From positions 1 through 64,000 of the forward strand of contig JAPDJI010000009.1 of the NCBI GenBank assembly GCA_029259155.1: a stretch of DNA of 64,000 nt. Direction: 5' to 3'. The notes beneath the pieces are model-generated. The model did not search any database, was not told where the DNA came from, and saw nothing but the letters and a program-made list of their open reading frames with translations. The position numbers were made by a program, and so were the translations under genes. This DNA comes from Candidatus Methanomethylicia archaeon (GTDB lineage Archaea > Thermoproteota > Methanomethylicia > Nezhaarchaeales > B40-G2). Below, one piece after another: positions 8,832 through 19,058 of the stretch. Numbering within the stretch: position 1 is the first letter of the stretch; every line of letters starts with the position of its first letter.

Positions 8832-9899
8832 TTAGGCTTTACGGAAGTAGGCTATTACTTTTTCAGCGAAGAGCTGCACGGTTTCCTTGAGTATCTTCGG
8901 CGATACCTGGAAGTTCATGACGAAGTGTCTGCAGCCCGCCTTGATGTACTTGTCGAACCTCTCTATGAAGTCGTCAGGCGTCCCGTAGACTATAGGTGAC
9001 TTCTCTACGACCTCGTCAGGGAGCTCCTTCGCTTTAGCCAGCCAGGCTTCAGCGTCGCGAGGAAACACTAGCTTGAAGGTCATCTCGAAGTCATAGGTTG
9101 GAGGAGTATAGCCTATGGCCTCAAGGATTCTAGGTCTAGTTAACAGTAGCAGCTTAGCTGGTAGCATAACGCTCTTTCTTGCTTCATCTCTGTCTTTGGC
9201 GACCACTCCATACATGAAGTGCGCCATATCTATCTTGTCAGGATCTCTGGCAGCCTTCCTCGCAGCTTCCTTCACAGCCTCCACTCCATCCTTATAGCGC
9301 CCAACAGTTAGGTTGGCGGGAAGCCAGCCATCTCCATACCTACCTACAAGCTCCATGGTTCTCGGCGAGCTAGCAGCTATGTAGATGGGTACGTGAGGCT
9401 GCTGGACCGGTTTAGGCTGTAGGAAGGCTTTATTGAGCTTGTAGTAGTTCCCTTGAAAATCTACGAAGTCCTCGGTCCATAGCTTCTTTATCACCATCAC
9501 GGCCTCCTCTGTCCTAGACACCGGTTTATCGTAAGGTATGCCGTAAGGTACTAGGTTCATGGCTTCTCCTATACCGATTCCAAGTATTGCTCTACCACCT
9601 GAGATGATATCGCAGGTGGTGGCTTTCTGAGCTAGCACAGCTGGATGGTATCGATAGGTGTCGCTCACTCCGCTCGCTAGCTTAATGTTTTTGGTCTTAA
9701 GGGCTAAGGCGCATAGCGTACCCCAGGCTTCAAGGGCATCCCATCTCCTAACCCCCGTCGCTACGGTATGGTCGGGCATCCAGTAGGAGTTAAAGCCTAG
9801 CTGCTCTGCCAGCACTGCTACTTCGCTTATGGTTTCCCAAGGATAGTTAGGTCCTTCAATCCCGAACTTTACTTCTTCAGCCATAGAGCCACCGTTCAC
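8832..9899 (-). CDS. LLM-class (luciferase-like), probably F420-dependent oxidoreductase
   Basis: AEQLGFNSYWMPDH, GRAILGIGIGEAMN, LQPKPVQQPHVPIYIAA, YGDGWL; real start likely the ATG of MAEEVKFG. Confidence 0.9.
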   Translation of the reverse strand: MNGGSMAEEVKFGIEGPNYPWETISEVAVLAEQLGFNSYWMPDHTVATGVRRWDALEAWGTLCALALKTKNIKLASGVSDTYRYHPAVLAQKATTCDIISGGRAILGIGIGEAMNLVPYGIPYDKPVSRTEEAVMVIKKLWTEDFVDFQGNYYKLNKAFLQPKPVQQPHVPIYIAASSPRTMELVGRYGDGWLPANLTVGRYKDGVEAVKEAARKAARDPDKIDMAHFMYGVVAKDRDEARKSVMLPAKLLLLTRPRILEAIGYTPPTYDFEMTFKLVFPRDAEAWLAKAKELPDEVVEKSPIVYGTPDDFIERFDKYIKAGCRHFVMNFQVSPKILKETVQLFAEKVIAYFRKA

Positions 9900-9947
9900 G
9901 TCTAAGCGTATAAGGTTATATAACGCTTCTTCGACCGCGAGGCTGTA

Positions 9948-10502
9948 TTATAAGCCAAGCTCAGAGGCCACCTCGCTTAGCCCTTCAAGAGCTATGTTGA
10001 AGAACTCTTGTCTCGAAAGCCCTAACTCTTCACATACCTGAATCCTAGCCCTATCCACGCCTCTGGCGAAGTCCTTTGACTTAAATTTCTTCTCCACGGT
10101 TTTAGCTGTGACTTCACTCAGCTTTTTATGAGGCATCACCAAGGCGCAGGCTATGAGGAGCCCTGAGACGGCGTCAGCGGCTATCAACGCTTTTTCAAGC
10201 GTGCTTTGAGGTTTAATCCCCGTATGTTCAAAGTTATGGGCCATGATAGCCCTTAAAACCTCCTCTGGGACCAGCCCTCTAAGCATCTCCGCTGCGACTA
10301 TCCCGTGTCTCGAGGGATCGTTACGTGTATCCTCAAAGTCCAAGTCGTGTAGAAGCCCTGAAAGGCTCCAAAGCTCAGGTTCTCCTCCAAGTTTTTCCGC
10401 CAGCTTCCGCATGATAGCTTCCACCGCTAACATATGTTTCACGTACCTCTCATCGTTAACCTTTGTCCTGACCAGCGATAGTGCTTCATCCCTTGTCAAC
10501 AA
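9948..10502 (-). CDS. HDIG/HD-domain hydrolase
   Basis: KHMLAVEAIM, GLLHDLD, HG, AH, KKFKSKDFARGVDR. Confidence 0.9.
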   Translation of the reverse strand: MLTRDEALSLVRTKVNDERYVKHMLAVEAIMRKLAEKLGGEPELWSLSGLLHDLDFEDTRNDPSRHGIVAAEMLRGLVPEEVLRAIMAHNFEHTGIKPQSTLEKALIAADAVSGLLIACALVMPHKKLSEVTAKTVEKKFKSKDFARGVDRARIQVCEELGLSRQEFFNIALEGLSEVASELGL

Positions 10503-10559
10503 GCTTTAAACCCCCTCCTCCTCACTGACCCCTCAGTTTAGCGTATAGGTGCTTAAAGC

Positions 10560-11777
10560 TTGTACTTAACCAAAGATGAGGAAGCCCTCCTACGAGGAGA
10601 GGGAGGCGAGGCTAAGAGGCTGGCGATGGAGATCTTGGTGGCGCTTGGCGACATTTATGGAGCAGAACGCATGGTTAAAGTAGACAGCGTCCACATCTCA
10701 GGTACGTCCTACACTTCATGTGGAGACGCTGGAATACACTTCCTTTCAAGGCTGGTCAGGAGTGGAGCTAAGCTCGCTGTGCCTTCAACGCTTAACCCTG
10801 TCTCTATACCCCTGAACAGATGGAGGGAACTTGGTTTTCCGGAAAGGTTAGCGGCAAAGCAACTTGAAATTCTGTCGCTCTATAAGTTGATGGGGGCTGC
10901 AGGAGGATATACCTGCCATCCCTACCTTGTCGGAAACGTCCCTAGGTATGGCTCCCATATCTCCTGGGCTGAGTCTTCAGCCATAGTGTACGCTAACTCT
11001 ATGCTTGGAGCTAGGACGAACCGTGAAGGGGGGATAGGCGCCCTCGCCTCAGCCCTTGTTGGCTTGACCCCGCTGTATGGTTATCACTTAGCTGAGAATA
11101 GGAGGGCTACGGTAAAGGTTGAAGTGGAGGCTGAGCTTATAGACACTCTGGATTACTCGCTGCTGGGCTATATTATCGGCGAGCTAATTATTGACGGTGT
11201 TCCTCTCATAGCTGGTCTGCCCTCACAGGCAGGCTTAGACGAGTTGAAGGCGATGGGGGCCTCTATGGCCACTTCAGGCTCTATAGCCCTCTTCCATGCC
11301 CTTAACCTTACACCTGAGGCAGGGTTGATGAAGGATGAAGGGCTACCTAAACTAACCATCGACTCTTCCATGCTTAGACAGGTGCGCGAGAAGCTTTCAT
11401 CCAATGGAGGGTTAACGGTAGACTGCGTAGCGTTGGGGTGTCCTCACCTAAGCCTTAGCGAATTAAAGCGCATAGCAAGTTTCCTCGAGGGTAGGAAGGT
11501 TAAGGAAGGGGTGAGGCTTTGGCTCTTTACCTCGGAGGGTATTAAGAGGCTAGGTGAAGAAGCAGGATATGTAGATATCATAGAGGCTGCGGGTGGACGG
11601 ATATTGACGGGAGGCTGTGTGGTTCATACCCCCTTGGAGGAGATAGGTGTAGAGGTTCTAGCTACAAACTCAGCTAAGGCGGCTCATTATTGCCTTTCCC
11701 TGCATGAAGTAAAGGTGTGTATAGGAAGCTTGAAGGAATGTCTTGAAGCAGCGCTGACGGGGAGGTGGGTTTACTGA
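10560..11777 (+). CDS. Aconitase X large subunit (phosphomevalonate dehydratase-like)
   Basis: HISGTSY, TCHPY, WAESSAIVYANSMLGARTNREGG, GCPH, TNSAKAAHY. Confidence 0.9.
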   Translation: MYLTKDEEALLRGEGGEAKRLAMEILVALGDIYGAERMVKVDSVHISGTSYTSCGDAGIHFLSRLVRSGAKLAVPSTLNPVSIPLNRWRELGFPERLAAKQLEILSLYKLMGAAGGYTCHPYLVGNVPRYGSHISWAESSAIVYANSMLGARTNREGGIGALASALVGLTPLYGYHLAENRRATVKVEVEAELIDTLDYSLLGYIIGELIIDGVPLIAGLPSQAGLDELKAMGASMATSGSIALFHALNLTPEAGLMKDEGLPKLTIDSSMLRQVREKLSSNGGLTVDCVALGCPHLSLSELKRIASFLEGRKVKEGVRLWLFTSEGIKRLGEEAGYVDIIEAAGGRILTGGCVVHTPLEEIGVEVLATNSAKAAHYCLSLHEVKVCIGSLKECLEAALTGRWVY

Positions 11778-12193
11778 GCTTAGAACTTAGAGGAAGGGTG
11801 GTTTCTAAAGGAAGAGGAGTAGGGGAAGCTTTAGTGTCTAAGAAGCCTCTCTCCTTTTTCGGAGGAGTAAACCCTAAGACCGGGCTTGTTATAGAGGAAG
11901 GCCATTCATTAAAGGGTTACTCTGTGAAGGGTAAGGTACTCGTCCTCCCAAGAGGTAAGGGCTCCACGGTGGGTTCGTGGGTACTCTACGAGCTTTCTAT
12001 CAACGGCTTAGCGCCTAGCGCCATAATTAACCTAGAGGCTGACCCTATCGTTGCCGTTGGAGCTATTATAGCCGGTATACCTTTGGTGGACAAGCTTAAC
12101 GTGGATCCTTTCGAGGTGATCGAGAACGGGGATATGATTGAAGTTATGGCTGAGGGCAGGGTAGGGGTTGTGAGAGTGCATAAAGGGGGTTAG
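11765..12193 (+). CDS. Aconitase X small (swivel) subunit, DUF126
   Basis: SFFGGVNPKTG, GKVLVLPRGKGSTVGS, IVAVGAIIAGIP. Confidence 0.92.
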   Translation: MGLLSLELRGRVVSKGRGVGEALVSKKPLSFFGGVNPKTGLVIEEGHSLKGYSVKGKVLVLPRGKGSTVGSWVLYELSINGLAPSAIINLEADPIVAVGAIIAGIPLVDKLNVDPFEVIENGDMIEVMAEGRVGVVRVHKGG

Positions 12194-12903
12194 TGTTTAT
12201 GGCTAGGCTCTTAACCCTCGTGGATAACTTTTCTCTTAAGCCTGAGCTTAAGGCGGTTTGGGGTCTTTCTATTCTGGTGGAACTTCCTAGCCTTAAACTG
12301 CTCTTTGACGTAGGTCCCTCCTTCGACATCTTACAGAGGAATGCTGAAGCTCTTTCCGTCGATCTTTCGAAAGTAGATATGGTTTTCATAAGCCACCTTC
12401 ACGCAGATCATGTGGGGGCTCTCAACGGTCTCCTAGCCTTCAACCCTGACTTAGAGATCTACCTACCTGACCCTAAACTGAGTTTGGCTTTTGTGAGGTC
12501 GGGGTTTAAGGCGAAGTACATGGAAGACGCGGGTGTACTGGCTGAGGGGGTTTACACCATAGGGGTGCTTCGAGGAGTTGTGGATGAACAGGCTTTACTG
12601 GTCGTAGTTAATGATCGATCAGTGTTACTCACGGGGTGTGCTCATCCTGGTATTAAGAGGATCCTCGAATCGGCGATCAAGATCTCACCAACAGGTAGAG
12701 TCCAATGTGTAGTTGGAGGTCTACACATAAGCAGTGCTTCAGAGGCTTTGGATGCGTGGTCTTACCTAAAGGAATCCGGAGTATCGTTGATATCCCCATG
12801 TCACTGTACAGGCCCGCTGGCTAGATCTGTGCTGGCTGATCTTTTCAGGGATGGTTTTATAACGAACGGCGTAGGCTGTGAAATAAGGCTTAACAGCTTA
12901 TAG
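12193..12903 (+). CDS. Metallo-beta-lactamase fold hydrolase (COG1237/MptH-like)
   Basis: WGLSILVE, LFDVG, SHLHADH, TGCAHPGI, GGLH, PCHCTG. Confidence 0.88.
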   Translation: MFMARLLTLVDNFSLKPELKAVWGLSILVELPSLKLLFDVGPSFDILQRNAEALSVDLSKVDMVFISHLHADHVGALNGLLAFNPDLEIYLPDPKLSLAFVRSGFKAKYMEDAGVLAEGVYTIGVLRGVVDEQALLVVVNDRSVLLTGCAHPGIKRILESAIKISPTGRVQCVVGGLHISSASEALDAWSYLKESGVSLISPCHCTGPLARSVLADLFRDGFITNGVGCEIRLNSL

Positions 12904-12927
12904 TCCCTGTAATGGTGAGGGATAGGC

Positions 12928-13737
12928 TTGAAGCTTAGATGGCTAGGTGTTTCTTGTTTTGAAGCCGAGGTCTCTGGAGTTAAGGTGTTAATGGATCCTT
13001 ACCTGAATGCTAGGTCTTCATTCAACCCTCCTCCAGTAACCATCAATGATTTCAGAGAACTGGATTTAATAGCTGTGACTCATGGCCACTTCGACCACTT
13101 TTCTGACGCTCCTAGTCTTCTCAGCTTAACCGATGCTGTTCTCTTGGCTTCACGTGAGGTCTGCGAGTATGCTACAGCTAAATTAGGTATATCTGCCAAT
13201 AAGGTTCTCCCATTAAACATAGGTGAAACCACGTTGTTCAAAGGAGTGAAGATAACTGCTACTAAAGGGGAACACCTTTCACCGTTAATGGTGATGCGGT
13301 GGTTCATAGGGGACTTCTCCTACCAGCCTTCCAGCCGCGATGAGCTTAGGAAGCTGTATATTGAGCTATTTCCGAGCGAAGTATTGAAGTTCTCCTCTGA
13401 AGTACCGGTAGGTCCCCTACAGGGCTATGTGTTTGAGGAAGCTAAAGGCCTCAAGCTCTGGAACCTAAGCGAGACTATGCCTATCGAGGAGATCAAAAAA
13501 TACGCGGCTGAGCTGTCTCCTCAGATCGTTTTGGTAAGCGTAGCTGGTGGCTTTGAAAGAGAAGCAGCGAAAATGGTGGAGTGGATCAAACCTAAGGTGG
13601 CAGTAGCCCACTCCTTCGATAGAATTTTTGAGAAGCAGGCCCTCCTAGGGGATGTAGAGCTCTTCAAGGAGCTCGTCTCTACGACGTCTGGCGTAGAAGT
13701 CTTGGTACCTAGGCTTGGAGAATGGTACGTCTTCTAA
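12928..13737 (+). CDS. Metallo-beta-lactamase fold hydrolase (UPF0173/UlaG-like, divergent)
   Basis: LRWLGVSCF, MDPYL, THGHFDHFSD. Confidence 0.85.
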   Translation: MKLRWLGVSCFEAEVSGVKVLMDPYLNARSSFNPPPVTINDFRELDLIAVTHGHFDHFSDAPSLLSLTDAVLLASREVCEYATAKLGISANKVLPLNIGETTLFKGVKITATKGEHLSPLMVMRWFIGDFSYQPSSRDELRKLYIELFPSEVLKFSSEVPVGPLQGYVFEEAKGLKLWNLSETMPIEEIKKYAAELSPQIVLVSVAGGFEREAAKMVEWIKPKVAVAHSFDRIFEKQALLGDVELFKELVSTTSGVEVLVPRLGEWYVF

Positions 13738-13784
13738 TCCAACGTGAACGCTACGTGGCCTAGTCCTCTAGAGGAAGGACGGTT

Positions 13785-14270
13785 TCAAACATGGAGCTGT
13801 CTGCCTACAGACTTGCTTTTCGTCCTCCTCGATAGTAAGACTAACATTGCGCTGATGCCAGCCATTAAGGATGCGAGCATGAAGAGCCAGAAAAAGGTCT
13901 GTGTAACATCACGTATGCACCCAGTTATTGCTGAACTTAACGTGGCGCCTAGCCTGTAATTAATGGTCCAAAGCTCTACTACCATTCCAGCGGCTTGGCG
14001 TAAAAAAGATCTGCTGCATACGCGGCGTAAATAGGCCATATGGCGCTGTAAAAGGCTCCGTAGATCGCCGCTATGGCGATTAAAGCATAAATGTTGGCAC
14101 CCACGCTTATGAAGCCTGTCAACATAACCATCACCGCAAGGTTACATATAACTATGCTGATCTTCCTTCCCGAGCAGTCAGATAACGTAGGGATGGCTAG
14201 GCCTCCAGGTATTCCACTGAACGCTATTATACTTGCAAGCATCGCTGCAACAACATATTCTACGCTCAGC
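13785..14270 (-). pseudogene. Frameshifted C-terminal half of an MFS transporter
   Basis: ORF 13979-14242 (PTLSDCSGRK, MFS motif-A-like; YAAYAADLF) continues in another frame (QAAGMVVELWT...GCIRDVTQTFFWLF) across a T6 run near 14002-14007; N-terminal half absent. Confidence 0.8.
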
Positions 14271-14395
14271 TGTTACTAGACGAGGCTTAGGAGGCAACTT
14301 AGCAAAATGTTAATTTAGCTTTAGATCGACGTGGCCCCTCCTTTTGCTAGAAGGATCAAAAAACCTAAAACTTTACCTGCTTAACCAGGCATAGA

Positions 14396-15715
14396 ATGGC
14401 TACCGCTCTTTTAGATGAGGCGCTTAAGAATGGAGCAAGCTACGCTGAGTTTTTCGTCTATGACCTTCAAGTAGCGGAGGCAGCTCTAAGAGGGTACTCA
14501 GCCGAGTTAAACCAGAGTAAATCGAAGATATATGCTATCAGAACCTTATGTGAAGGCTGCTGGGGGGTAGCTTCTGGTCAGAGGTTATCTAAATGGCTAG
14601 TTAAGGAGGCTTTAAGCAGGGCGTTAAAAGCTAGAGCCTACTCCGATAGGAGGTTGAGGTTAGCTTCAAGGAAACCTGCTCAAGGCTCGTTTGCCTTTAT
14701 AGGTGAAGAGCCTATTTGCTTAGCTGAAGCTATCTCTAAGGAGCTTATCGAAGTCTTCAAGGAGCTTAGAGCTAGCCACATAGACTTCTCTGAAATAGTG
14801 GTCATAGCTAGCAGGCTTGGCAAGGCCATGACTTCGAGCGACGGAGTCAATGCTTATGAGCTGCGCGACCTCATAGACCTCTCTATCAGCGTGGCTGGGA
14901 GGAATCTTGTATCTTCAGCCTGCATAGGTTGGTCAGGAGGATTGATGGTTGGCTGGAGGGATTTGGTGGAACGCACCGTGAAGAGCCTCGTAGAGAGGCT
15001 AAAAGCTAAGCAGAAGGCTAAGCTTCTTAACCCTCTACTAAAAGGCTCTAAGTTCAAGGTAATACTCGCAGATGAAGCTGCCTGCGCTTTCATTCATGAG
15101 GCCGTGGGGCATGTTCTCGAGGCCGATGTCCTAATGGAGCATGGATATGGTTTTAAGCCCACTAAGCTACGTGGATGCGAAGAGCTCACAGTGTGTGATG
15201 ATCCCTCCATGCCTAGAGGGTACGGTAGCTATAGGTTTGACGATGAGGGGGTTGAGGCTAAACCTAAACTTCTCGTAGATCGTGGTAGGGTTGTGGGCTT
15301 GCTTCATACACGGTGGACCGCAGCTGAGATGGGCGTAGAACCTATGGGTAATGGTAGAGGAGTGTTCTTTGCGCCTAAGTCTATGCCAAGTAACTTAGTG
15401 GTGTCGAGAGGGAGCTGGTCAGTAGATGAGATGGTGGAAGAGACGCGTGAAGGCTTCTATGTAGAAGGCTTAAACAAAGCGGAGGTTTATGGTGGAGCAG
15501 TGATACTTTACCCGGATATAGCTTGGTATGTGAAGAAGGGCGAAGTGTTAGAGCCGGTGTTGTTGGAGGAGATCAGGATACCGTTACGTACGGCTCTAAG
15601 CGTGGTCGATGCTGTGGGTAAGTCAGGCTTTACGTTTAGGCCTAGCGTAGAGAAGGGTCTTCCGATATCTGAATGCTCTCCACCTCTGAGGCTCTCTATG
15701 GCGTACGTGAGGTGA
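14396..15715 (+). CDS. tldD: TldD/PmbA family metalloprotease (TldD-type)
   Basis: FIHEAVGHVLEAD (HExxxH), GSYRFDDEGV, MGNGRG, PSNL. Confidence 0.88.
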   Translation: MATALLDEALKNGASYAEFFVYDLQVAEAALRGYSAELNQSKSKIYAIRTLCEGCWGVASGQRLSKWLVKEALSRALKARAYSDRRLRLASRKPAQGSFAFIGEEPICLAEAISKELIEVFKELRASHIDFSEIVVIASRLGKAMTSSDGVNAYELRDLIDLSISVAGRNLVSSACIGWSGGLMVGWRDLVERTVKSLVERLKAKQKAKLLNPLLKGSKFKVILADEAACAFIHEAVGHVLEADVLMEHGYGFKPTKLRGCEELTVCDDPSMPRGYGSYRFDDEGVEAKPKLLVDRGRVVGLLHTRWTAAEMGVEPMGNGRGVFFAPKSMPSNLVVSRGSWSVDEMVEETREGFYVEGLNKAEVYGGAVILYPDIAWYVKKGEVLEPVLLEEIRIPLRTALSVVDAVGKSGFTFRPSVEKGLPISECSPPLRLSMAYVR

Positions 15716-15755
15716 CCATAACCTCTATAAAGAGGTATTCTTCTAGACCTTCCAG

Positions 15756-16244
15756 GTGGTTATGTTGAGGCTTAGTAGCGATGAAATACTGAAGTGGCTT
15801 CGTGAAGCCTATTTTGCTTTAGATGGCCTATGGTTTCTCGTCGTGGAGGAGGATAAAGGGCTTGAGGAAGCGATACGCCTCGACTTTAAGGTATGGGAGC
15901 GCCTCGCCTGGATAATGGCTAAGAGAGTTAAGCGCAGGTTCAATCTGCCCGGAGACATTAAATCCATTATGAACTCTCTGGACGTCTTCTTCAGCGTCGA
16001 GGGATGGACTGTAGATATTAAGGCTGAAGAGGGTTTCTTTAAGGTGGAGAGATGTCCATGGTGGGACTACCTCACCAAGGTAGGGAGACGGTATATCACG
16101 GAGAAGATATGTCCTATGGTATGTGAGCTGATATTTTCCTCGTGGGCTAAGGCCTTTAACCCTGATGTAGACATAGAGTTCCACTTCGCTCCTCCAAACT
16201 GTCAAGTTTTGTTCAAGGTAAGAGGTGACGAGGGTGGAGAATGA
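15756..16244 (+). CDS. DUF6125/V4R-like putative small-ligand-binding protein
   Basis: LDGLWFLVVEEDKGLEEAIRLDFKVW, CPWW, IC, terminal Cys. Confidence 0.65.
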   Translation: MVMLRLSSDEILKWLREAYFALDGLWFLVVEEDKGLEEAIRLDFKVWERLAWIMAKRVKRRFNLPGDIKSIMNSLDVFFSVEGWTVDIKAEEGFFKVERCPWWDYLTKVGRRYITEKICPMVCELIFSSWAKAFNPDVDIEFHFAPPNCQVLFKVRGDEGGE

Positions 16245-16653
16245 ACTAAAAAGGCTGTTTGATAGGTTCAACGAGGATCCATACTGCCGCCTCTTGGGGA
16301 TAAGGCTCTTAGAGCTTAAACGCGGTTATAGCAAGGTGGCCATAAAGGTCACGAAGGACATGTTGAACTTTCATGGAGTGGCGCATGGAGGCTTAATATT
16401 ATCGTTGGCTGATGCAGCCTTCGCCGCTGCTAGCAATTCTCATAACAGAGTGGCCATGGCCTTAAACATCAACATAAATTACAGGAAGCCTGTAAAAGCC
16501 GGTGAAGAGTTAGTGGCTGAAGCCTTCGAGGAGAGCCTCGGTAGAACCACGGCTCTCTACAAGATGGTTGTGAGGAATAAGGCTCAACAGATCGTGGCGA
16601 TCTGCGAAGGACTAGTATATAGGAGGGAGGAAGAAAAAATAGTTGAGAATTGA
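16225..16653 (+). CDS. paaI: PaaI-type hotdog aryl-acyl-CoA thioesterase
   Basis: DPYCRLLGI, LNFHGVAHGGLILSLADAAFAAASNS. Confidence 0.88.
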   Translation: MTRVENELKRLFDRFNEDPYCRLLGIRLLELKRGYSKVAIKVTKDMLNFHGVAHGGLILSLADAAFAAASNSHNRVAMALNININYRKPVKAGEELVAEAFEESLGRTTALYKMVVRNKAQQIVAICEGLVYRREEEKIVEN

Positions 16654-16698
16654 GCTTGCACTCCTTCACATACGCTTTGATAACCCTTAAAAATCCCC

Positions 16699-17151
16699 CT
16701 ACTCTACGTTGAAAGGAATTTCTAGTAGCTTCTTTGAAGCCCTGAACCTTGGCTTTTCTAGGCTTATTTTACCTATTTGACCCGTAGTTTCAACATGTTG
16801 CTTGTTACATGCGTTTATGTTCCATCCTTCAATTACAACAACGTTAAGTTCCTTAACATGCTCTGGAATAGGGAAGAGATCGTACATTTCATCGCCAAAT
16901 TTTCTCTCGGCCTCTTCCCTAGGCAATGTATAAAGCAACACGGGCACGTTTTCTTTGACTTTCTTGTTGGCTTCCTCCTCAATTTTCTTCAACTCTTCAT
17001 CTGTTGGTTTGCGGTCAAACTGCACCGTTAATCTGCCGTGCTTACCGTTCACGTAAACGCTTGCGGTCCACTTGGCACCTAGCACCTTAACCACTGCTCC
17101 TTTAAGTACGTGGAGGGCGGTGTGAGCCCTAACTTCATCAGGTAAGGCCAT
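16699..17151 (-). CDS. Free-standing alanyl-tRNA editing protein AlaX-S
   Basis: [10 protein letters not shown] and NACNKQH zinc ligands; ATG at 17151 preferred over the track start at 17190. Confidence 0.92.
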   Translation of the reverse strand: MALPDEVRAHTALHVLKGAVVKVLGAKWTASVYVNGKHGRLTVQFDRKPTDEELKKIEEEANKKVKENVPVLLYTLPREEAERKFGDEMYDLFPIPEHVKELNVVVIEGWNINACNKQHVETTGQIGKISLEKPRFRASKKLLEIPFNVE

Positions 17152-17306
17152 ACTTGCGAAACTTAGACGGTTAAAGTTATAAGGCTTCAACCCTGTAGCC
17201 TTTAGGGATGATGAGTTCCGGCCTTGTAGGCTGTTGATAGATGATAAACGCTGGAACTACTGACCTCGACCTTAGTTTCTTATATTTGGTCTAGCAGAGG
17301 GTACAT

Positions 17307-18035
17307 TTGGCCTTGGACCTCTATGTTGGTACCTCGGGTTGGATATATGACTGGAATCCTGACGGCTTCGAGTGGTATATCCGTAACGCAGGACTCAATG
17401 CCGTAGAGCTTAACGCTAGCTTCTACAGGTACCCGTTCAGGTCGCAGGTAGAGGGTTGGAGACGTAGGTCTCCTAGCTTCCTGAGGTGGTCGCTGAAGGT
17501 ACATAGGCTTATAACCCACGTTTACAGGTTCTCCGGGAAGGCCTATGATCGTTGGGCTAGCTTCATCGACCTCTTCAAGCCTTTAGACAGCTTCACTGAC
17601 TTCTACCTGTTTCAGCTTCCTCCTTCAGCTAGGCCTACAGTCAGCTTCCTCGATCGCCTTGATGACTTCATCAAAGCAGCTGGATTGGGGCCCAAGATGG
17701 CTTTAGAGTGGCGTCACGCCGAGTGGTTTAATGAGAGATGGGTGGAATGGTGTAGTAAACGTGAAGTCACCGTGGTGTCAGTGGACTCACCGGAACTACC
17801 CAACGAGGTATTTAATACTACGGGGCTCGTCTACGTTAGGATGCACGGTAGAACTTCCTGGTATACCCATGAGTATAGCTTTGAGGAGCTCTCTGAAGTC
17901 CTAGGAAAGATCATTGAGCTGGAGCCGTCTAAAGCCTACGTATTCTTCAACAACGATCACGACATGCTACATAACGCACGCGAGTTCCTTGGCTTAGCCA
18001 GGCGCATGAAGATACATGCTCCTGGCTTAGACTAA
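17307..18035 (+). CDS. DUF72 (UPF0759) TIM-barrel protein
   Basis: VGTSGW, VELNASFYR, LFQLPPS, ALEWRH, YVRMHGR, YVFFNN. Confidence 0.93.
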   Translation: MALDLYVGTSGWIYDWNPDGFEWYIRNAGLNAVELNASFYRYPFRSQVEGWRRRSPSFLRWSLKVHRLITHVYRFSGKAYDRWASFIDLFKPLDSFTDFYLFQLPPSARPTVSFLDRLDDFIKAAGLGPKMALEWRHAEWFNERWVEWCSKREVTVVSVDSPELPNEVFNTTGLVYVRMHGRTSWYTHEYSFEELSEVLGKIIELEPSKAYVFFNNDHDMLHNAREFLGLARRMKIHAPGLD

Positions 18036-18424
18036 TAGGATTCAACGACTATCTCGTCTCCTTCCTTCAACGCCTTAAAGACGGTAGGGTCTCCAAAGAC
18101 CCTGGCAAATACGTTGACGGGGCTATAAGCCCTTACCTCATCTTCTGAAGGGCTTACAGGCGTTTTACCAAAGAACACGCAGATACATTGTCCCTCAGGC
18201 CAGTAGGCTACTTCACCTTTCTTAACTTCAACCCTTGCGTTTTCAGGTGGAAGTCTTAGAGGCACCTTAAAGTATACCTCACCTCCCCATCGCTTAACCT
18301 TGCTTCTCACCGGTAGAATCCTCAAGACTTCATTAGCTGTCCGCGGACACTCGGAGCTATCTACTTCAGCTCTAACCTCTCCTAGTCCAGCCGACTTGAA
18401 CACGATAACTGCTTTAGCCTTCAC
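18032..18424 (-). CDS. Cyclophilin-like fold protein (DUF369-like)
   Basis: WGGEVYFKVP, GEVAYWPEGQCICVFFGKTP, SPVNVF. Confidence 0.85.
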   Translation of the reverse strand: MKAKAVIVFKSAGLGEVRAEVDSSECPRTANEVLRILPVRSKVKRWGGEVYFKVPLRLPPENARVEVKKGEVAYWPEGQCICVFFGKTPVSPSEDEVRAYSPVNVFARVFGDPTVFKALKEGDEIVVESY

Positions 18425-18960
18425 CTAGCCTTCACCACCCCCGACATCGATGTAAACATGCTTCCTCCTAGGTGGAGGATGAGCTGAGCCTTCTCCACGT
18501 CCCACACCCCTCCATGAAACAGCGAAGCATCACCATAAGCATCCACGACCTCTCCTATGACAGCTGTACATTCGCCTACCTCTAACGATTGGTTAAGCTT
18601 ACATTCTAGGTGAGCAGCGCATCCCTCGATGATAGGGGCATTAACTTTCCTAGCAGGTTTAACTGTGACCTCCATGAGCTTTATCTTGTCACCCCTCCAA
18701 CCACTACGCGTCCCAGCTATCCATACGGCCTTCAACATCTGCTGGGTTGGCACGTTAACTGTAAAGCAGCTGTTTTTTAAGATAAGCTGCCTCGTATAGC
18801 TTGTCCTCGATAAAAACGCGGCTATCAATGGCGGCTCTTCGCTAGCAGGTGTTATCCAAGAGCAAGCCATGGCGTTGGCTTTCCCATCCCTCGCATAAGT
18901 CGCTATCAACACTGCCAGCTTAGGATGAAGTATCTTATAGAAATCCTCCATGAAGCTCAA
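18421..18960 (-). CDS. Flavin reductase family protein (DIM6/NTAB)
   Basis: NAMACSW, FTVNVP, GTRSG, APIIEGCAAHLECK, LHLGG. Confidence 0.9.
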   Translation of the reverse strand: MSFMEDFYKILHPKLAVLIATYARDGKANAMACSWITPASEEPPLIAAFLSRTSYTRQLILKNSCFTVNVPTQQMLKAVWIAGTRSGWRGDKIKLMEVTVKPARKVNAPIIEGCAAHLECKLNQSLEVGECTAVIGEVVDAYGDASLFHGGVWDVEKAQLILHLGGSMFTSMSGVVKAR

Positions 18961-19058
18961 AGGCTAACCCCCCCTAAAAATTATAATATGACCTCCCTAA
19001 GCCTTATATTGCTGATTTCTTAAGCCTACCTCCGTCTTTACCGGAGGAGAGAGAAGCC

